This document shows, piece after piece, positions 60,230 through 64,000 of a stretch of 64,000 nt of DNA. The stretch is taken from positions 1 to 64,000 of the forward strand of contig CAVTHK010000005.1 in NCBI GenBank assembly GCA_963734495.1, given 5' to 3'. Under the pieces are notes generated by a model. It was not told where the DNA came from, ran no database searches, and saw only the letters and a program-made list of their open reading frames with translations. The position numbers were made by a program, and so were the translations under genes. Source of the stretch: an uncultured Spirochaetota bacterium. Lineage in GTDB: Bacteria; Spirochaetota; Spirochaetia; SZUA-6; CAVTHK01. The first letter of the stretch is position 1; every line of letters begins with the position of its first letter.

Positions 60230-62090
60230 GCGGCCGGCACGACCCGTCCTACCGGTCATCCTGGCGGTGGCGCTGGTCTGCCTCATGCTCGGCGCCGCAT
60301 ACGCCGCCTACGAGCTGTACAGCCGCAATATCCTTCCGGTCTTCGCGGGACCCTACGTGCGAGCTCGGGGCGAAGCGCTGTCGATTGCCGGCTTTGCCGC
60401 CGCCTATCTCGCGGCGGTCACGCTGTACGCCGGGGCATTCAGCCGTTCGCGCCGGGGCGACCGCGCTTCTTCGAGCCGCCTGGTGCGGATCTCGGTGGTC
60501 GCCGCATGCGCCTACGCCGTGCTGAGCGTGCTCGTCGAGCCGCGCGTTGTGCGCGAATACGAGAGCATGCGGCGCCGCAGCGAGGAGGCGAACGGGCACC
60601 TGAGGCTGGCCGGCGAGGCGAAGACCGCGAACGACCTCGTCGGCCAGCGGGAACACATCGAGGCGTACCTCGCGATCGACCCGGGCAACGGAATCTGGCG
60701 CAGGGCGCTGGATAACATCACGGGACAGATGGCAGCGGGAACACCGAAGGCGGCTCCGCCCGCGCCGGCGCCGATCAAGGCCGCCGAGCCGAGCGCGGCC
60801 TCCCTGGTCGCGAGGGCTCGCGCCTACTTCGCTCAGAGGGACTACGCCACGGCGTACACGCTCGCCGATCGCGCGGCGGCCATCGCCCCGGCGAGCCGCG
60901 AGGCGGCCGCCCTGCGCGCGCAGGCGCTCGACGCGCTCGGCCGGGTGGAGCCGAGCCCCGCGGACGTGGCGAAGAGCGACCTGTACCTCGTCAAGGAACA
61001 GGGGAAGAAGGCGCTCGAGGCGCACGACCCCGCGGGCGCGTACTACATCCTCAAGAGAGCGTCGCGACGGTGGCCGCAGGACGCCGAGCTCCTCGAGTTG
61101 CTCGGCAACGCCGAGCAGCTTCTGTCCGCGTTCGCCTTTTTCGACGACACGGTCCCCGACCCGCAGAAGGTGCCGCCGCGCGACCGCGCGAGCCGCGTCG
61201 CCTTCGTCAACCGGCGCGAGGGCGGCCTCGTCGAAATCGTCTATGCGGACACCGTGGCGCGCGTTCCGCGGACGAGGGACGTCAGGGTCAGGGACGACAA
61301 CGGCCTCGAGAGGATGATCCGCGAGGAGTTCGTCGAGGTCACTCTCTACGGCATCGAAGCCATGGCTTTCGGCGGCGGGAGCGTCGCTTACCACATGGTC
61401 GCCCCCGTGGGGCGGGTTCAGGCGGAGCCCGCGTCCAGGGAGCGTCAGCTCCTCGCGGACCAGATCCGGCAGGTGGCGGGCCGGCTCGTGCCTCCTGCCG
61501 CGCCCGCGACTCCGGTCGCGCAGATCAGCCTGCTCGAGCTCTCGCGGGACGTCCAGGGAGAGCGCCGCGAGCCCCGGTTCGTGATCGGTACGGCGGCCAG
61601 GTTCGAGGGGTTCGGGCTCAAGGCGCGCGTGGAGCCCGGCAAGGCGGGAGCGAGCCCGCTGCCGCTCATGGTGCCCGTGACCACGGTCTGGGCGCTCGGC
61701 CTCGACGTCGGCAGCGTGCGGGAGCGCGACGTCATCGAGCTCTGGACGCTTTCCCGCGCGACCGCGAGCCTCGCCGTGAAGGTCGAGCTCGCCGTACGCG
61801 CCGTCGGGCCGTTCGTGCTGCTGCTTCTGGGCGCCGTTGCGGCCGGCGTCGCCGCGCGGCATCCGCCCGCGGCGGCCCTTCCGTCCCGCACGTACCTCCT
61901 CACTCCCGCGGTTGCGGCCGCGGGCTACATCGCGTTCGTGCTCTCGCTGCACATCGTGCGCGTGGCGGTCGTCCTGCTCGCCGACGGCCTCGGCTGGCCG
62001 GCGGGGATGACGGTCCTGGCGGCTGCGCTGCTCGGCCTGCTGGTGGTCTCGTTCGTCTGGATGGACCGGTCACTGCGCCGCGCGGTCTGA
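60222..62090 (+). CDS. Membrane protein with TPR insert (LptF/G-like topology)
   Basis: 3 TMs, TPR-like helices, beta-rich region, VELAVRAVGPF followed by 3 TMs. Confidence 0.6.
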   Translation: MFERPARPVLPVILAVALVCLMLGAAYAAYELYSRNILPVFAGPYVRARGEALSIAGFAAAYLAAVTLYAGAFSRSRRGDRASSSRLVRISVVAACAYAVLSVLVEPRVVREYESMRRRSEEANGHLRLAGEAKTANDLVGQREHIEAYLAIDPGNGIWRRALDNITGQMAAGTPKAAPPAPAPIKAAEPSAASLVARARAYFAQRDYATAYTLADRAAAIAPASREAAALRAQALDALGRVEPSPADVAKSDLYLVKEQGKKALEAHDPAGAYYILKRASRRWPQDAELLELLGNAEQLLSAFAFFDDTVPDPQKVPPRDRASRVAFVNRREGGLVEIVYADTVARVPRTRDVRVRDDNGLERMIREEFVEVTLYGIEAMAFGGGSVAYHMVAPVGRVQAEPASRERQLLADQIRQVAGRLVPPAAPATPVAQISLLELSRDVQGERREPRFVIGTAARFEGFGLKARVEPGKAGASPLPLMVPVTTVWALGLDVGSVRERDVIELWTLSRATASLAVKVELAVRAVGPFVLLLLGAVAAGVAARHPPAAALPSRTYLLTPAVAAAGYIAFVLSLHIVRVAVVLLADGLGWPAGMTVLAAALLGLLVVSFVWMDRSLRRAV

Positions 62091-62098
62091 AAGACGCG

Positions 62099-62124
62099 GG
62101 AACCACAGCGCCCCGTGCGACGAC
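62099..62124 (+). promoter_or_regulatory. ECF-type promoter
   Basis: GGAACC-N16-CGAC upstream of the Spy-like/ECF/anti-sigma unit. Confidence 0.55.
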
Positions 62125-62182
62125 CAACGGGGAAACGGTCGCGGCGCGCGGCAGGCACGCGCGAACGCGGGGAGGAATCGGG

Positions 62183-62668
62183 ATGAGACTCTTCGTGACG
62201 ATGATCGCAGCAGGCTGTCTCGCCGCGACGACGCTGGCGGCGCAGGCGATCCCCTGGGAAGACACGGGGCTCTACGAGCGGCTCGGCCTGAGCGAGCAGC
62301 AGACGGCCAGGATCCAGGACACCATCGCCCGCGAAGACAAGGTGATGCGCGAGGCGCAGGCGGAGCTGAACATCCGCAGGGCGCAGCTCGAGAGGCTCCT
62401 GCTCGACACCGACCCCGACATGAAGCAGGTCGAGCGTCTCCTGCAGCAGACAGTGGACTGGAAGGTCAGGAGCGAGATGGCGGCGATCCGGCTGCGCGTC
62501 GAGGTCCGCAAGATCGTGGGCGAGCAGAAATGGGACCAGCTCCTGCGCACGTGGCGCAGCTTGCGCGCGCGCGCCGGCCGGGCGGCGGACTCCCGCCCCG
62601 ACGCACGCACGCCCCAGAGCGGTCCGGCGCCGGCCTCGCCGGGGCCCCGGCAGCCGCCGGCGCGCTGA
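62183..62668 (+). CDS. Spy/CpxP-like periplasmic protein
   Basis: Signal peptide, LGLSEQQ, helical, VRKIVGEQKW. Confidence 0.7.
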   Translation: MRLFVTMIAAGCLAATTLAAQAIPWEDTGLYERLGLSEQQTARIQDTIAREDKVMREAQAELNIRRAQLERLLLDTDPDMKQVERLLQQTVDWKVRSEMAAIRLRVEVRKIVGEQKWDQLLRTWRSLRARAGRAADSRPDARTPQSGPAPASPGPRQPPAR

Positions 62669-62679
62669 ACGCCGACCTC

Positions 62680-63273
62680 GTGGGCAGCGTGGTCGAATGC
62701 CCGGACGACGACGAGCTGATCCGCCGCTTCGTCGCCGACGGCGATCGGAGCGCCTTTGAGGCGCTGGTGCGCCGGCATGTTCCGCTCGTGCGGCGGCTGC
62801 TCTACGGGCTCTTTCGCGGACACCGGGAGGACATGGAGGACGCGGAACAGGAGGTGATCCTGGCGCTGTTCCGGTCGCTGGCCGGGTTCCGCTTCGGCTC
62901 CCGCTTTTCCACCTTCCTCTTCCGCGTCGTGCGCAACCGCTCGATCGACCTGATCCGCAAACGTGAGCGCGAGCGCAGGTCGATCGCGCGCTTCGCGCGC
63001 GAAAGCGCCGATGCCCCGCACCCCGAGGAGGTGGCCCTGGCCGCGGTGAGTCGCGGGGAGGCGATGGCGCTGCTCGGCGCTCTCAGGATCGAGGAGCGGA
63101 CCGTCGTGCTGCTGCGGGAAGTTGAGGGGTTGTCGATCGAGGAGATCGCCCGGTCGCTGGGGCTGCCCCGCGGCACGGTGAAGAGTCGCCTGCACCGCGC
63201 GCGCAGGCGCATCGAGCGGGCGCTCGCGGCCCGCGGAGCGCGCCCTCCGGGAGGGACGTATGCGCAACTATGA
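62680..63273 (+). CDS. ECF RNA polymerase sigma factor
   Basis: DAEQEV, FSTFLFRV, EIARSLGLPRGTVKSRLHRAR. Confidence 0.9.
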   Translation: MGSVVECPDDDELIRRFVADGDRSAFEALVRRHVPLVRRLLYGLFRGHREDMEDAEQEVILALFRSLAGFRFGSRFSTFLFRVVRNRSIDLIRKRERERRSIARFARESADAPHPEEVALAAVSRGEAMALLGALRIEERTVVLLREVEGLSIEEIARSLGLPRGTVKSRLHRARRRIERALAARGARPPGGTYAQL

Positions 63274-63661
63274 AGAGTTCGCGGCCGAGCTGCGCCGCGA
63301 GATCGAGGATGCCGACCTGGGGCGAAGCGAGCCGGATTTCGGCCGTCTCGAGGCGGTCACAGCCGGGCGGCCGCGCGCGGCGGCGCGCCCCGCGCCGTGG
63401 CTGAGGCTCGCGGCCGCCGGCGCGCTGGCGGTCGCGCTCGGGCTCGGCGGCCGGGCGGCTTACCAGGGATACGACAGCCGCCGCCTCCTCGCTCAGAACA
63501 ACAGCGAGTTCGTCGACTCGCTCCTCTCGCGCGGCCTCTTCGAGGCGGCGGCGCCGCCGACCGGCTTCGAGGGGCTCGCGGAGGGGACGCTCTTCGACGC
63601 GGGCGGCTCCGCGGCTCAGAGGAGCGGCTCGGGCTGGCTCGACTCCGGGATCGCGGACTGA
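63260..63661 (+). CDS. Putative single-TM anti-sigma factor
   Basis: Directly after ECF gene, one TM segment, SD GGAGG. Confidence 0.6.
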   Translation: MRNYEEFAAELRREIEDADLGRSEPDFGRLEAVTAGRPRAAARPAPWLRLAAAGALAVALGLGGRAAYQGYDSRRLLAQNNSEFVDSLLSRGLFEAAAPPTGFEGLAEGTLFDAGGSAAQRSGSGWLDSGIAD

Positions 63662-64000
63662 TAGGGGGCGCGCTCGATCCGCGCGCCCAGCCCCGCGAGC
63701 CGTCCCGTGATGTCCTCGTAGCCGCGCTCGATCTGGTAGACGTTGTTGATCGTGCTGCGGCCTTCGGCGCAGAGTGCGGCGATGACCATCGCCATCCCCG
63801 CGCGTATGTCGGGCGAGACGAGCTCCGCGCCCTGCAGCCGCGAGGGCCCCGCCACAACCGCCCGGTGAGGGTCGCAGAGGATGATCCGCGCTCCCATGTC
63901 GATGAGCTTGTCCACGAAGAACATGCGGGCGTCGAACATCTTCTCGTGCACGAGGATGGTCCCGTCCACCTGGGTGGCGACGACGAGGGCGATGCTGGTC
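63616..64000 (-). CDS. murA: UDP-N-acetylglucosamine 1-carboxyvinyltransferase, 3' part
   Basis: [22 protein letters not shown]. Confidence 0.93.
   Translation of the reverse strand, partial: TSIALVVATQVDGTILVHEKMFDARMFFVDKLIDMGARIILCDPHRAVVAGPSRLQGAELVSPDIRAGMAMVIAALCAEGRSTINNVYQIERGYEDITGRLAGLGARIERAPYQSAIPESSQPEPLL

Overview
GC-rich bacterial chromosomal window with about 60 CDS. It is most likely from a Spirochaetia-like organism (inferred from a long-clade PPi-dependent phosphofructokinase, a STAS plus Zn-ribbon anti-anti-sigma, and the lgt/ctpA/rsmE/WecB gene order). Left to right: (1) a rare-sugar/polyol catabolic locus (Zn-dehydrogenase, ABC permease and binding protein, an unusual double-HTH DeoR/sugar-binding fusion, an isomerase, an SDR); (2) an orphan KamA radical SAM enzyme; (3) VOC, AraC, flavin reductase and DGPF stress genes; (4) two divergent chrA genes; (5) a sigma54-promoter polyferredoxin; (6) an ECF sigma / CBM48 anti-sigma / exported-protein operon carrying two copies of a SigW-like promoter; (7) a TolC-MacAB efflux operon; (8) MFS-chrB; (9) an AbiEi/AbiEii type IV toxin-antitoxin pair with an operator inverted repeat, followed by a deleted hsdR remnant; (10) a VIT/vWA lipoprotein; (11) housekeeping genes (pfp, lgt, ctpA, rsmE, prs); (12) a GT2/GT-C surface glycosylation cluster; (13) an HTH-less sigma54 activator; (14) an envelope-stress-like run (STAS, YbjN, PspA, pseudo-receiver regulator, two LptF/G-like proteins, Spy-like protein, ECF/anti-sigma) ending at murA. 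Several genes in the first ~21 kb carry single-base insertions that look like consensus errors. No rRNA, tRNA, CRISPR array, integrase or transposase was recognised. All family calls come from motif recognition by eye, with no database search.
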